A stretch of DNA of 48,453 nt from a virus (taxonomy: Duplodnaviria; Caudoviricetes), in the IMG/VR virus record IMGVR_UViG_3300028588_000033, positions 1-48,453 of that record; one strand, written 5' to 3'. Below are positions 1-9,759 of this stretch, one piece after another (positions within the stretch are counted from its first letter, which is position 1; every line of letters begins with the position of its first letter). Below the pieces are notes generated by a model. That model did no database searches, was not told where the DNA came from, and saw only the letters and a list, made by a program, of their open reading frames with translations. The position numbers were made by a program, and so were the translations under genes.

Positions 1-23
1 CCGTGTGATTTGAAATCACACGG
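1..23. repeat. Perfect 11-bp-arm palindrome CCGTGTGATTT-G-AAATCACACGG
   Basis: Arms 1-11 and 13-23 are exact reverse complements; the half-site matches the AATCACACGG core of the repeated promoter element; followed by GGGTC-TACG-GACCC hairpin. Confidence 0.85.
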
Positions 24-55
24 GTCTACGGACCCCTTAATAGTTAGGTATATTT

Positions 56-1762
56 ATGGGGTCCGTAGAAGTTCTCGATAAAGATCGAGTTTTAGAAATT
101 GAGAAAGCTTTAACTGTTGCTGCGCCTGGTGCTTCATTTGCAAGAACCTTAGTTGAACGTGCTGGCGATTCGATTAAATTAGATGATTTTTATGAAACAA
201 CTGACGACGAAGATTACGCTAAAACCTTAGCTCGAGCGCTTGCGTACGCTACGCCTAAGGGTCGTCCAGTAGAGTTGTCTCGAATCTATCCGGTTAAGTC
301 TACTACGGTAGTGCCTTCGGGATCGCGTATTTTTGGAAGTGGTGTCGGATCGGGGTTAGTTGGACCAGTTAATTCCCCAATTACACTACTGTCAATTCTT
401 AATAAAAGTAACATTCATATCTCAAACCTTTCTTTTGATGGTGGCGTAACGCCTGAACTTGGTGCTAAGAGCTATGTTCGTGGTATTAACATCCATGATT
501 CTGTAGACATTACTTTTACTAATTTGTTCGTTAAGAACGTAGCCGACTGGGCCGTGTCTTTTATCAGGTGTTCGAACGTAACTGTTATTCGTCATACGCA
601 TCGCGGTGGTGGACTAGGCAGACCCGGTGGTCGAGATGGCTTACATTTTCTCGATTGCTCGGATGTACTTGTTGACGGTGCCGACATTGAATCTGGTGAC
701 GATTGTGTTGCTGTTACCTCGGAGACTGTGGGCAACAGTAGAATTACTTTTAAAAACATCATTGGTAAGTCGGACATTGGGTCTGTCGTAGTCTCTAACG
801 AAGAAGGCACTACTACATTCCCCACAACCGATCTCACTATTGAAAACGTAAAGTCAAAGACGCCTACTCGCAACATTGTTCGTGTTAAAGCAATTAATCC
901 AGGCACTAAAGTTAGTCGAGTTAAGATTTCAGATGTGTTTGGTGAGTCTGCACCAAATCACGGTATTGAAATTGCTGGAACATCTTCGGATCCGATCACT
1001 GAGCTTACTATCGCGAACTGTATGGTTTCTGGAAACCAGCACGGTATTTATTTGGTTAATGTTAAATCATTCTCCATTGACAACACTCAAGCCACTTCTA
1101 AAACCGCAGGTTACGACGGAATAAGTCTCCTTCGATGCAGTTATGGTGTAGTGAATGGTAGAGTTATTGCCGCTCAGATGTGGGGCATCCAGCTTAACGA
1201 TTGCATCTCAGTAACGCTGTCTGAGTGTGTTGTTTTGGATAGTGGCGTTTCCGCTTTTAGCGGAAATAACGGTGGCGGTCTTCGATGTGTAAGCACCACA
1301 GATTGTGTCGTAATTGGTGGCGTTTATACAGGCGATCCTACTAAAACTTATTACGGTCTTTCGCATAACACCAACACTAGACTTCGTGTAACCGATTATA
1401 CTGTTTTTGGCGGGGCTATCAAAAAGTCTTCTAGGCTTTCTGGTGGAAACACTATTCAAGCTCCTGCGATGGCTGGTCGTCTTAAAGAAGCATCTGACGG
1501 AACACTTAGTGTTCAGGGTGTATATGGTGGGGAAGTTACTAAAACTGCGGTTGGTAGTTATACACTAACCCCTTCTACACCTTTTGGTGGGACGCTCCCG
1601 CTTCTATTTGTAACCGTGGGACATCCTTCTGACAGTATTAAACGACGCGTTGTTCAAAGAAGTGGTGGTCAGAATTCTCTGACATTCCAAGTTATTGACG
1701 ACACAACGGGCGCGCCGGTTTATTCGGAGTATGTTAACTTTTTAGTTTACGATCAAATTTAA
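56..1762 (+). CDS. Right-handed parallel beta-helix protein (tailspike / polysaccharide depolymerase-like)
   Basis: 568 aa of repeated beta-helix rungs; GRDGLHF and GDDCVAV resemble GH28/pectin-lyase-fold motifs; lies in tail module; more AT-rich than neighbours. Confidence 0.75.
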   Translation: MGSVEVLDKDRVLEIEKALTVAAPGASFARTLVERAGDSIKLDDFYETTDDEDYAKTLARALAYATPKGRPVELSRIYPVKSTTVVPSGSRIFGSGVGSGLVGPVNSPITLLSILNKSNIHISNLSFDGGVTPELGAKSYVRGINIHDSVDITFTNLFVKNVADWAVSFIRCSNVTVIRHTHRGGGLGRPGGRDGLHFLDCSDVLVDGADIESGDDCVAVTSETVGNSRITFKNIIGKSDIGSVVVSNEEGTTTFPTTDLTIENVKSKTPTRNIVRVKAINPGTKVSRVKISDVFGESAPNHGIEIAGTSSDPITELTIANCMVSGNQHGIYLVNVKSFSIDNTQATSKTAGYDGISLLRCSYGVVNGRVIAAQMWGIQLNDCISVTLSECVVLDSGVSAFSGNNGGGLRCVSTTDCVVIGGVYTGDPTKTYYGLSHNTNTRLRVTDYTVFGGAIKKSSRLSGGNTIQAPAMAGRLKEASDGTLSVQGVYGGEVTKTAVGSYTLTPSTPFGGTLPLLFVTVGHPSDSIKRRVVQRSGGQNSLTFQVIDDTTGAPVYSEYVNFLVYDQI

Positions 1763-1780
1763 ACAGAACCGGAGTCGGCA

Positions 1781-2161
1781 GTGATTAGCTTTGAAACGAG
1801 GGGTAACTTCGACAAGACCGATTCATTTCTCAAGAAGATGTTGAAAATCGATACGGTTTTTGCAACTCTTGAGAGTATCGCTCGTGAAGGCGTTGCCGCT
1901 CTTTCAGCAGCTACCCCTGCCGACTCCGGTCAAACTGCCGCAGCGTGGGACTACGAGATCACTAAATCTGGTAACTCATACGCTATCAACTGGACTAACT
2001 CACACATGGCGGGGAAAGTCCCAGTTGCCATCCTACTGCAATATGGTCACGGTACGGGAACCGGTGGCTACGTCCAAGGACGGGATTATATTAACCCGGC
2101 AATTAAACCCATCATGGACAAACTAGCAGATAAAGCTTGGAAGGCGGTGACTAGTGCATGA
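1781..2161 (+). CDS. Putative tail completion / neck protein (HK97 gp10-like)
   Basis: TPADSGQTA and LQYGHGT..GGYVQGRDYINPA motifs; directly upstream of tape measure. Confidence 0.65.
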   Translation: MISFETRGNFDKTDSFLKKMLKIDTVFATLESIAREGVAALSAATPADSGQTAAAWDYEITKSGNSYAINWTNSHMAGKVPVAILLQYGHGTGTGGYVQGRDYINPAIKPIMDKLADKAWKAVTSA

Positions 2162-5100
2162 GTAGTGTTGACGAACGCGTCGTAGAAATGAAGTTCAACA
2201 ACGGCCAGTTCCAGAAGGGCGTTGCTGAAACTTCTAAGTCACTCGACCAACTCAAAAAGGGTCTCAATCTTGACGGCGCCAAGAAGAGTCTCCAGGGACT
2301 TTCTGAAGCTGGTGGCCGATTCTCTCTTGCGAATATCGCTAATGGCGTCGCAGAGATGGGTTCCAAGTTCACAGCTCTTGGCGTTATTGGTGTAACCGCC
2401 CTTGCTACTATCGCTAACCAAGCTGTCAATGCTGGTCTGCAGGTTGCTAAATCCCTAACCATCGCTCCGATCATGGATGGATTCCGTGAGTACGAGCTTA
2501 AGATGGGGTCTATCCAGACCATTTTGGCGAATACCCAGTCCAAGGGTACTACGCTCGATCAGGTCACCGCATCGCTTGACCAGTTGAACAAGTACGCGGA
2601 TAAGACCATCTACAACTTCGGTGACATGACCAAGAATATTGGTCTGTTCACTAACGCGGGTATTGGTATCGAAGATGCCACCTCGATGATTAAGGGTTTC
2701 TCCAACTCTGCGGCTGCCTCGGGTACTAACGCTCAGGCCGCTGCGGGTGCGGCGTATCAGCTCTCTCAGGCTCTGTCTGCTGGTAAGATTACCCTCATGG
2801 ACTGGCGTTCACTTCAGAACGCTGGTATGGGTAACAAGAACATGCAGAACGGTATCCTTGATATCGCAAACGCAATGGGTACTCTTGAGGGTAAGGGTAT
2901 CACGTCAGAGGAAATTCAGAAGAACTTCAACGGTTCGCTGGAAAAGGGCTGGCTTACTGCAGATGTGATGTCGAAGTACCTCAACATCATGGCTGGCGAT
3001 ATGGATGCCGCCGCGATGTCTGCGCTTGGACTTTCTGACGCTCAGATTGCAAACTTCTCTAAGCAGCAGAAGACTGCCGAGGAAGCGGCAACGAAGGTTC
3101 GTACCTTCACCCAGCTCATGGGTACGCTCAAGGAAGCTGTTGGATCGTCGTGGGCTGAGTCCTTCGATATGCTTATCGGTGACTTCAACGAGGCTACTGA
3201 TCTCTTCACCAACGTCAGCAACACCATGGGTGGCATCATTGGCTCAATGGGTGATGCTCGCAACAAGCTTATTTCCGACTTTGTTGCAGGTGGTGGGCGA
3301 AGCGTTGCTATTGACGCTGTGTCCCAGGCGTTCAAAGCACTCATGGCTATCATCCAGCCGGTCAAGGAAGCTTTCCAGGAAGTCTTCCCGCCGACCACTG
3401 CTGGTCAGCTTATCAGTATTACTGCAGCTATTCGCAACTTCATCAAGAGTCTTATTCCCACTGAAGAAGCTGCAGCCAACATCAAGACTGTATTCAAGGC
3501 ACTGTTTTCCACCGTTAGCGTTGGACTTCAGGTCTTCATGGGTATCGTCGGTGTTGTCGGCCGTGTGGCTGGAGCGCTGTTTGGTCTTATTGGCCCAATC
3601 CTTGAGATTGCTGCGGCGTTCTTCAAGCCTCGTGACGAGATCAACAAGTTTGTCGTCGAGAGTGGCGGCATTGCTGATATCTTCGAGAAGATCGGTGATG
3701 TACTTGTAAACCCGATCGGGATGCTGGTTCAGTTCGCTGAGAGTATTGCCAAGGCTGTTTCGGCCATGGACTTCAATGCTGTCGGTGCGTTTGAGTCTGC
3801 GCTTGTGCCGTTTGTTGCCCTCGGTGGCGCAATTGGATGGGCGTGGGAGAAGGTCGTTATGGCCTTCGAGAAGGTTATGGAGTTCTTGAAGCCTATCGGT
3901 GACAAGATCGCTGAGACGTTTGAGGCTGTCAAGCCTGGTATCGTTGACGCACTCAAGAACCTTGACTTCGACTCTGTCCTGAACCTCATCAACACCGGTC
4001 TGTTTGCGACCCTCGTACTCGGTATCAAGAAGCTCATTAGCGGCTTTGGTAAGGGCGCTAAGGAAGCTGGCGGCGGGTTCATCGATCAGATCAAGGGGAT
4101 ATTTGACCCTCTGACCGAGTCCCTCGACACGATGCAGAACACGCTTAAGAGCGTTACCCTGGTGGCTATTGCTGTCGCGGTTGCGCTTCTTGCTGCGGCT
4201 ATCATGACTCTCTCACTGGTCGATCCTGACCGGCTTGTGGGTGCTCTGACGGCGATGTCTGTCATGTTTGTCCAGCTCTTTGCGTCAATGGCTCTGTTTG
4301 AGAAGCTTGCTGGCGGTATGAACTTTGCGAAGATTGGTGCCGTCACTGGTTCCATGATTCTCCTTGCGATTGCCATCCGTATTCTCGCTGGGGCTGTTAC
4401 TGAGCTTGCAGCTCTTGATTGGGAGGAGCTTGCTAAGGGTCTGACTGGTGTGACTGTTCTTATTGGTGCTCTTGCGGGTGCCTCTAAGATCATGTCGGGT
4501 AACACCGGCGGTATGATTGCTTCCGGAATCGCTTTGGTTATTCTGGCAGCAGCTATCAAGATCTTGGTCACGGCAGTTACCGACCTTTCGGGTCTTAGCT
4601 GGGAAGAGCTTGCTAAGGGTCTTGGGTCCGTTGCGGCTCTACTCGTAGCACTCGCCCTCTTCACTAAGTTTGGTGCAGCAAGTAAGGGTGCCGCTGGTCA
4701 AGCTATCAGTATTTTACTGCTGGCAGCAGCACTAAAGATTCTTGCTAGCGCAGTCAAGGACTTTGGTACTCTTGACGCTAATACACTGATGCAGGGTCTC
4801 CTTGCTGTGGGCGCAGTACTGGTTGCTGTTACAGCATTCGGTAAGGCATCTGGCGGCGGTGGGTCAATGATTCTTACCGCAGCAGGCCTGGTGGTACTGG
4901 GTGCTGCTCTTAAGATCATTGCAAGTGCTGTGAAGGACTTCGGTTCAATGAAGCCGGAAGCACTTGTCGTCGGTCTTGTGGGTATGGCCGGTGCTCTGCT
5001 TATTATTGCTGGTGCAATGGCTATCATGCCCGGCAACATGATTGTTACTGGCGCATCTCTTGTCGTCGTGGCTGTCGCTCTTAACTTGGTTGCTGATGCA

Positions 5101-6675
5101 TTCAAGAAAATGGGCGGTATGACATGGGACGAGATCGGTAGGGGTATGGTGGTCCTCGCGGGCTCCCTGCTTATTCTTGCTGGTGCTATGTATCTCATGA
5201 CCGGCGCTATTGTCGGTGCAGCTGCTTTGATCATTGCTGCTGGTGCTCTTATGATTCTGGCTCCGGCCTTGGTCTTGCTTGGCACTATGTCTTGGGATTC
5301 TATTGGTAGGGGTCTTACGATCCTTGCCGCAGGTCTTCTGATCATTGCTGCAGGCGGTATAGCTCTTATTCCCGCAATCCCTGGAATGCTCGCCCTTGGC
5401 GCAGCTATTCTTCTGATCGGGTTGGGTGCACTGGCTGCTGGATTCGGTATTACAATGTTTGCTGCGGGCCTTGTGGCCCTTGGCGCAGCCGCTGCAGTAT
5501 CTGTACCGGCGCTTACTGAAGCCATCATGGCTGTCATCAACCTTATCCCGATTGCCATGCAGAAGCTGGCTGAGGGTATTGTGTTGTTCGCTGAGGTTAT
5601 TGCAGGTGCGGGTCCGGTAATGGTGGAAGCCTTTACTGCTCTGCTTATGTCAATGCTCGAGGCGATTGGTACGCTTGCGCCTCAGATCATCACGACCCTT
5701 ACCGATATTCTGCTGAAGTTCCTCGAATCTATCTCAGCTATCGCTCCGCAAATTATTGATACGGTGACCGTATTGATTCTTGCGCTCGTAGATGCGATTG
5801 TTATTCTCGTTCCTAAGTTCGTCGATGCTGGCCTCAAGGTCATCACCGGGGTACTCAATGGTATTGCGAATAACGTCGGTAAGATGGTTACGGCCGGTAC
5901 TAAGATCGTTACTGAATTCCTTAAGGGTGTTGGCGACAACATTCCTAAGATTGTTCAGGCTGGTGTCGATCTTATTCTTAAGTTCGTCAATGGGCTTGCT
6001 GATGGTATCCGAAATAACACGGCTAAGATGAACGAGGCTGGTAGAAATCTTGCCAGCGCAATCGTCGAGGGTATGGTTAGCGGTATCACTAGCGGTATCC
6101 AAAGTGTTATTAATGCTGCTAAGAACTTGGCAAAGAACGCACTTGACGCGGCTAAGAATTTCCTTGGAATCGCATCTCCGTCAAAGGAGTTCACTAAGGT
6201 TGGTGCTTGGTCGACTGAGGGTATGGCTATTGGTATTCTCAAGCTGGTGGGTAAGGTTACCAGCGCATCGAAGGCGGTTGGGTCCAGTGCTCTTACGACC
6301 ATGTCAAACACCATGACTAAAGTTCGGGACGCTGTTGCTGCAGATCTTGACATGACTCCTACGATCCGCCCCGTGGTTGACCTCACTGAGATCAAGCGTG
6401 CCGGTGGTATTATTGCGGGTATGATGCCTACGCCGACACTTGATGTTGACGCAGCATACGAGAATGCAGCTGCTGTTGCAGTTGAGCCGCCTAGCTCGAA
6501 CGCTGGTTACCAGAACCAGCAGGGTGAAGCCACTATTGTTAAGAAGGAATTCAACCTCACTCAGAACAATAGTTCACCCAAGGCTCTGTCGGCCATCGAT
6601 ATCTACCGACAGACCAGAAATCAGATCTCACAAGTTAAGGACATATTCGACGATGATCACGAAGGTGACAGCTAG
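2158..6675 (+). CDS. Tape measure protein
   Basis: 1505 aa, Ala/Gly/Leu-rich helical repeats, N-terminal tape-measure domain (YADKTIYNF, YQLSQAL), position in tail operon. Confidence 0.95.
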   Translation: MSSVDERVVEMKFNNGQFQKGVAETSKSLDQLKKGLNLDGAKKSLQGLSEAGGRFSLANIANGVAEMGSKFTALGVIGVTALATIANQAVNAGLQVAKSLTIAPIMDGFREYELKMGSIQTILANTQSKGTTLDQVTASLDQLNKYADKTIYNFGDMTKNIGLFTNAGIGIEDATSMIKGFSNSAAASGTNAQAAAGAAYQLSQALSAGKITLMDWRSLQNAGMGNKNMQNGILDIANAMGTLEGKGITSEEIQKNFNGSLEKGWLTADVMSKYLNIMAGDMDAAAMSALGLSDAQIANFSKQQKTAEEAATKVRTFTQLMGTLKEAVGSSWAESFDMLIGDFNEATDLFTNVSNTMGGIIGSMGDARNKLISDFVAGGGRSVAIDAVSQAFKALMAIIQPVKEAFQEVFPPTTAGQLISITAAIRNFIKSLIPTEEAAANIKTVFKALFSTVSVGLQVFMGIVGVVGRVAGALFGLIGPILEIAAAFFKPRDEINKFVVESGGIADIFEKIGDVLVNPIGMLVQFAESIAKAVSAMDFNAVGAFESALVPFVALGGAIGWAWEKVVMAFEKVMEFLKPIGDKIAETFEAVKPGIVDALKNLDFDSVLNLINTGLFATLVLGIKKLISGFGKGAKEAGGGFIDQIKGIFDPLTESLDTMQNTLKSVTLVAIAVAVALLAAAIMTLSLVDPDRLVGALTAMSVMFVQLFASMALFEKLAGGMNFAKIGAVTGSMILLAIAIRILAGAVTELAALDWEELAKGLTGVTVLIGALAGASKIMSGNTGGMIASGIALVILAAAIKILVTAVTDLSGLSWEELAKGLGSVAALLVALALFTKFGAASKGAAGQAISILLLAAALKILASAVKDFGTLDANTLMQGLLAVGAVLVAVTAFGKASGGGGSMILTAAGLVVLGAALKIIASAVKDFGSMKPEALVVGLVGMAGALLIIAGAMAIMPGNMIVTGASLVVVAVALNLVADAFKKMGGMTWDEIGRGMVVLAGSLLILAGAMYLMTGAIVGAAALIIAAGALMILAPALVLLGTMSWDSIGRGLTILAAGLLIIAAGGIALIPAIPGMLALGAAILLIGLGALAAGFGITMFAAGLVALGAAAAVSVPALTEAIMAVINLIPIAMQKLAEGIVLFAEVIAGAGPVMVEAFTALLMSMLEAIGTLAPQIITTLTDILLKFLESISAIAPQIIDTVTVLILALVDAIVILVPKFVDAGLKVITGVLNGIANNVGKMVTAGTKIVTEFLKGVGDNIPKIVQAGVDLILKFVNGLADGIRNNTAKMNEAGRNLASAIVEGMVSGITSGIQSVINAAKNLAKNALDAAKNFLGIASPSKEFTKVGAWSTEGMAIGILKLVGKVTSASKAVGSSALTTMSNTMTKVRDAVAADLDMTPTIRPVVDLTEIKRAGGIIAGMMPTPTLDVDAAYENAAAVAVEPPSSNAGYQNQQGEATIVKKEFNLTQNNSSPKALSAIDIYRQTRNQISQVKDIFDDDHEGDS

Positions 6676-7495
6676 AACTCGGTCTGCGTATAACAACGCG
6701 ATCAACAAAGAACTCTCTCTGTCGCCTCTCGGAGTTGGAGAACTGTGTCTTCGACCCATTGATGGTCTTGGTCCAGTCAAGGCGACAGTAAACACTACCG
6801 ACTTCCCAACGGAGGCTGGCGGCATATATTTGTCATCCAAGACTGGACAGCGTAATATCGTTCTGACCGTGGAGTTCAAGCCCGAATGGACCTTGGGCTC
6901 CACGGTTGGGGCGTTGCGCGAAAAGCTTGATGAAGTTTTCATGCCTACCAATAAAGTGGAACTTGACTTTCTCAAGACCGACGGGAAGACTTATCGCATT
7001 GAGGGAACCGTTGAATCTAACGAACCCTCAGTTTTCACCAAGGACCCAGTCTCTCAAATTTCCATTCTCTGTCCTGAGCCATATTTCACAAGTAGTGATG
7101 GGCTCGAGACTGTGAATTTCCCAATCAACGGTCCGGAGCTTCTTAAGGTCCCGTTTGATGGTAAGGTCGACACTGGATTCATCTTTGAATTCGAGATGCT
7201 CGAGCCTCGTCCTAACGGTCTGACCATTTTTAAGCTGCCTAAGCAGCCCACCAACTACCTCAAGATCACCCACCCGCTTATTTCTGCGGATGTGGTTCGG
7301 TTCTCAACGGTTAAGGGTGAGCGATACGCAACACACACCAGGGCTGGTACTACAAAGTCACTGCTTGGGTGGTTTTCGGGATCTCTAGTTGATACTCGCC
7401 TGGTTAATGGTGACAACTACTTCGAGTTCCCGGATATTGACTATACCAAGAATGTTAAGGTGATGTACACCAAGGTATACGGAGGTATTCTCTAG
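6653..7495 (+). CDS. Minor tail protein (distal tail, Dit-like)
   Basis: Immediately after tape measure; IDGLGPVKA, RNIVLT, ISILCPEPYF motifs; start moved to ATG 6653 after AAGGA. Confidence 0.75.
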   Translation: MITKVTARTRSAYNNAINKELSLSPLGVGELCLRPIDGLGPVKATVNTTDFPTEAGGIYLSSKTGQRNIVLTVEFKPEWTLGSTVGALREKLDEVFMPTNKVELDFLKTDGKTYRIEGTVESNEPSVFTKDPVSQISILCPEPYFTSSDGLETVNFPINGPELLKVPFDGKVDTGFIFEFEMLEPRPNGLTIFKLPKQPTNYLKITHPLISADVVRFSTVKGERYATHTRAGTTKSLLGWFSGSLVDTRLVNGDNYFEFPDIDYTKNVKVMYTKVYGGIL

Positions 7496-8574
7496 TGGAT
7501 TTCTACGTTACCTCTAACAACTTCCGCGATGCTGTTCTCGTGGATGACTTCGCATCTGTTATTTGGACTGAGCGCTATTCTGCGTTTGGTGACTTCACGC
7601 TCGAAGTTCCTGAGGCTACATATTTCCGGAACCTTAAGGCGATGAAGTACTTCCTTTGTTCTGAATCCAAGCACGTGATGATGATCGAAGACGTCGTAAA
7701 GTCTAACCAGACTCAGCGTGACGATGTGAACATGGTGACTGTTAAAGGTCGTACCATTGACGCATTTTTGAAGTATCGCAATAGCAAGATGTTCAAGACC
7801 AGTGCTTCTGGCAAGCCCGAGAGTTTCACCGGAAGCCCTGGTGAAGTTGCACGATGGGTAGTTAATAAGTATTGCATTGATCCAGCAACTGCTGGTGCTG
7901 CCAACGTTGTTCCTAGACTTAAAGTGTCTAACTATACTGCTGGCGGTACCCGTGAGAAGATGGCTATCGATCGGGGCGATATTTACAGCATTGTGAAGTC
8001 ACTTTGCGATTCGGACGAACTCGGGTTCAAGATCGAGCGAAACGAAGAGGACTTGTGGTTCAACCTCTACCGGGGTGAAGACAAGTCTAATCCGACAGCT
8101 GCCAACTTCAAGGTATACACCCCCGACGATGACTCACTGATCGATATTACCACCAGAGAGTCTATCACAGGATTTGTCAACAACGTCCGAGCCATTGGTG
8201 CTAAGACTTACGTTGACGTGTACGCTGCGGGTTATAGCGCATCCACATCCGGACTAGATCGTCGTACTCTTGTTGTTGAGTATAGCGATATTGGTTCCGG
8301 TAAAGACGACGAAGCTACTAGCATCGCTGAAGACCAGGCTGAACTCAGACAGAAAGCCCGAGAAGTATTGGCCAACCCTAGCAACAAGTATGCTAAGCTG
8401 ATCGAGGGGGATATCCCTCCTGCCTCGTTCACCAAAGCTAACTTCAAGCTTGGCGACGTAGTTCTGGTACGAGACACTGATGGTGGTCTTGTGAAGTCCA
8501 GAATTACCGAACACATTAGATCTGTCGATGCTACTGGTAAGCGGAACATTCCGACTTTCGAGGGCATCATCTAG
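7495..8574 (+). CDS. Minor tail / baseplate hub protein (siphovirus gp37-like)
   Basis: SVIWTERYSAFGDF and FKLGDVV motifs; second gene after tape measure. Confidence 0.75.
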   Translation: MDFYVTSNNFRDAVLVDDFASVIWTERYSAFGDFTLEVPEATYFRNLKAMKYFLCSESKHVMMIEDVVKSNQTQRDDVNMVTVKGRTIDAFLKYRNSKMFKTSASGKPESFTGSPGEVARWVVNKYCIDPATAGAANVVPRLKVSNYTAGGTREKMAIDRGDIYSIVKSLCDSDELGFKIERNEEDLWFNLYRGEDKSNPTAANFKVYTPDDDSLIDITTRESITGFVNNVRAIGAKTYVDVYAAGYSASTSGLDRRTLVVEYSDIGSGKDDEATSIAEDQAELRQKAREVLANPSNKYAKLIEGDIPPASFTKANFKLGDVVLVRDTDGGLVKSRITEHIRSVDATGKRNIPTFEGII

Positions 8575-8591
8575 TAAAGGAGAAACAAAAG

Positions 8592-8972
8592 ATGAGTCAC
8601 GCATTCCCTGAGAACAAGACCACGCCGCTTCTGAGTGGCGCCACGTACGACACCTTCCTGCGGGCCACGCTGTATGTGCTCCCGGGTATTGGTGCGTTCT
8701 ACTTCGCACTTGCGCAGATCTGGGGCTTCCCGGCAGCCACTCAGGTGCTTGGTACCATCGCGGCGCTCGAGACCCTGCTGGGTGTCATCATTGGAATCAG
8801 TAAGAAGTCGTACAAGGAGTCCGACGCTCCTTATGACGGCGCAGTTATCGTCGACACTACCGGTGGAACGGAGAAGTGGTCCTTCGAGCCTGGTATCCCG
8901 CTTAGCGAACTGCCTCGTATGGACTCGGTGACCCTCAAGGTCCTCAACGTCGACGAGACGAATTCGCAGTAA
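8592..8972 (+). CDS. Putative holin
   Basis: Two TM segments, YD..R..LYVLPGIGAFYFALAQIWG..GISKKSY pattern; AAAGGAG RBS. Confidence 0.7.
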   Translation: MSHAFPENKTTPLLSGATYDTFLRATLYVLPGIGAFYFALAQIWGFPAATQVLGTIAALETLLGVIIGISKKSYKESDAPYDGAVIVDTTGGTEKWSFEPGIPLSELPRMDSVTLKVLNVDETNSQ

Positions 8973-9007
8973 TCACACGGTTTATAGTGACACCACTCTT
9001 GAAAGGA
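8964..9007 (+). promoter_or_regulatory. Repeated cassette promoter/RBS element, copy 1
   Basis: TCGCAGTAATCACACGGTTTATAGTGACACCACTCTTGAAAGGA. Confidence 0.85.
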
Positions 9008-9014
9008 GACCCGT

Positions 9015-9314
9015 ATGTTTACCAAAAGCACACTGACCGAAACCCCTGGACTTGAGAAGGCCATCGAAGACGCCCTCGCCGAACTGGCAGGAATGACATC
9101 AGATACCCCCGAGTACTCCGACACCCTCAAGAACATCGAACGACTGGTCGCTTTGCGCCGCATCCCCAAACAGGAAGCGCGCAAGCCGATCGATCCGAAC
9201 ACTGTTCTGACGGTTGTCGCCAACCTCACCGGCATCGTTGCCATCCTCCACTACGAGAAGGCGAACGTCGTGGCCTCCAAGGCCGTCGGTTTCATCATGA
9301 AGCTCAAAGCTTAA
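9015..9314 (+). CDS. Small phage protein with C-terminal hydrophobic segment (cassette 1)
   Basis: RBS from repeat; DPNTVLTVVANLTGIVAILHYE. Confidence 0.85.
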   Translation: MFTKSTLTETPGLEKAIEDALAELAGMTSDTPEYSDTLKNIERLVALRRIPKQEARKPIDPNTVLTVVANLTGIVAILHYEKANVVASKAVGFIMKLKA

Positions 9315-9343
9315 CAACGAAACCCCAAAGAACCAATCAAAAT

Positions 9344-9395
9344 GACACCCCGTGTGACAGCCACTACTCCGGCTTTCACACGGGGTGTTTGTTTT
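9344..9395 (+). terminator. Intrinsic terminator with 13-bp perfect stem containing TCACACGG
   Basis: ACACCCCGTGTGA (9345-9357) / TCACACGGGGTGT (9376-9388) then T-rich tail. Confidence 0.8.
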
Positions 9396-9416
9396 CACAC
9401 TGATTTAAAAAATTGT

Positions 9417-9461
9417 TCGCAGGAATCACACGGCTTATAATGAACCCCCAACTGAAAAGGA
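9417..9461 (+). promoter_or_regulatory. Repeated element copy 2
   Basis: TTGTTC-17 bp-TATAAT; TCGCAGGAATCACACGGCTTATAATGAACCCC..GAAAAGGA. Confidence 0.85.
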
Positions 9462-9467
9462 AGAACA

Positions 9468-9587
9468 ATGAACACCATCTACATGATCGTCGCCACTCCC
9501 ATCTGGATCGGATACCTCGTCATCAAAAGCGTGCCTATCATGATCGCCGATGTGGAACAGAAGATCTGCAACAAGATGTTCGGCTAA
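9468..9587 (+). CDS. 39-aa hydrophobic peptide (cassette 2; not in ORF track)
   Basis: MNTIYMIVATPIWIGYLVIKSVPIMIADVEQKICNKMFG between repeat RBS and terminator. Confidence 0.75.
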   Translation: MNTIYMIVATPIWIGYLVIKSVPIMIADVEQKICNKMFG

Positions 9588-9608
9588 CCCCCAATCACCA
9601 AAGTTTCT

Positions 9609-9642
9609 AAAAGGAACGCACCTCACACGTGCTTTCTTTTTT
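9609..9642 (+). terminator. Terminator, loop CTCACAC
   Basis: GCAC-CTCACAC-GTGC core plus T tract. Confidence 0.8.
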
Positions 9643-9646
9643 GCCC

Positions 9647-9673
9647 ACGCAAGAATCACACAGCTTATAATGA
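9647..9673 (+). promoter_or_regulatory. Repeated element copy 3 (no RBS or ORF downstream)
   Basis: ACGCAAGAATCACACAGCTTATAATGA. Confidence 0.8.
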
Positions 9674-9744
9674 GAGGTAATCTCGCATCGTACGATAGGC
9701 GAATTTACAGCTCATTAAACTTTCGGATCGCAAGATCCACACGT
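9668..9744 (+). ncRNA. Candidate small structured RNA in place of an ORF
   Basis: Nested pairings TAATGAG/CTCATTA, GTAA/TTAC, TCGC/GCGA, ATCG/CGAT, then GGATC-GCAA-GATCC hairpin. Confidence 0.4.
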
Positions 9745-9759
9745 ACTTTAAAAAATTGC

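Noticed and set aside
1-23. CRP/GlxR site TGTGA-N6-TCACA
   Set aside because: Spacer is 7 bp, not 6, and the symmetry extends beyond the CRP consensus.
2151-6395. Long minus-strand ORFs within tape measure (and 25534-27075, 15963-17180, 20022-21002 elsewhere)
   Set aside because: Antisense shadows of codon-biased + strand genes; no RBS or recognisable motifs.
8592-9314. Endolysin beside the holin
   Set aside because: No amidase, peptidase or glycosidase motifs nearby; probably outside the window.
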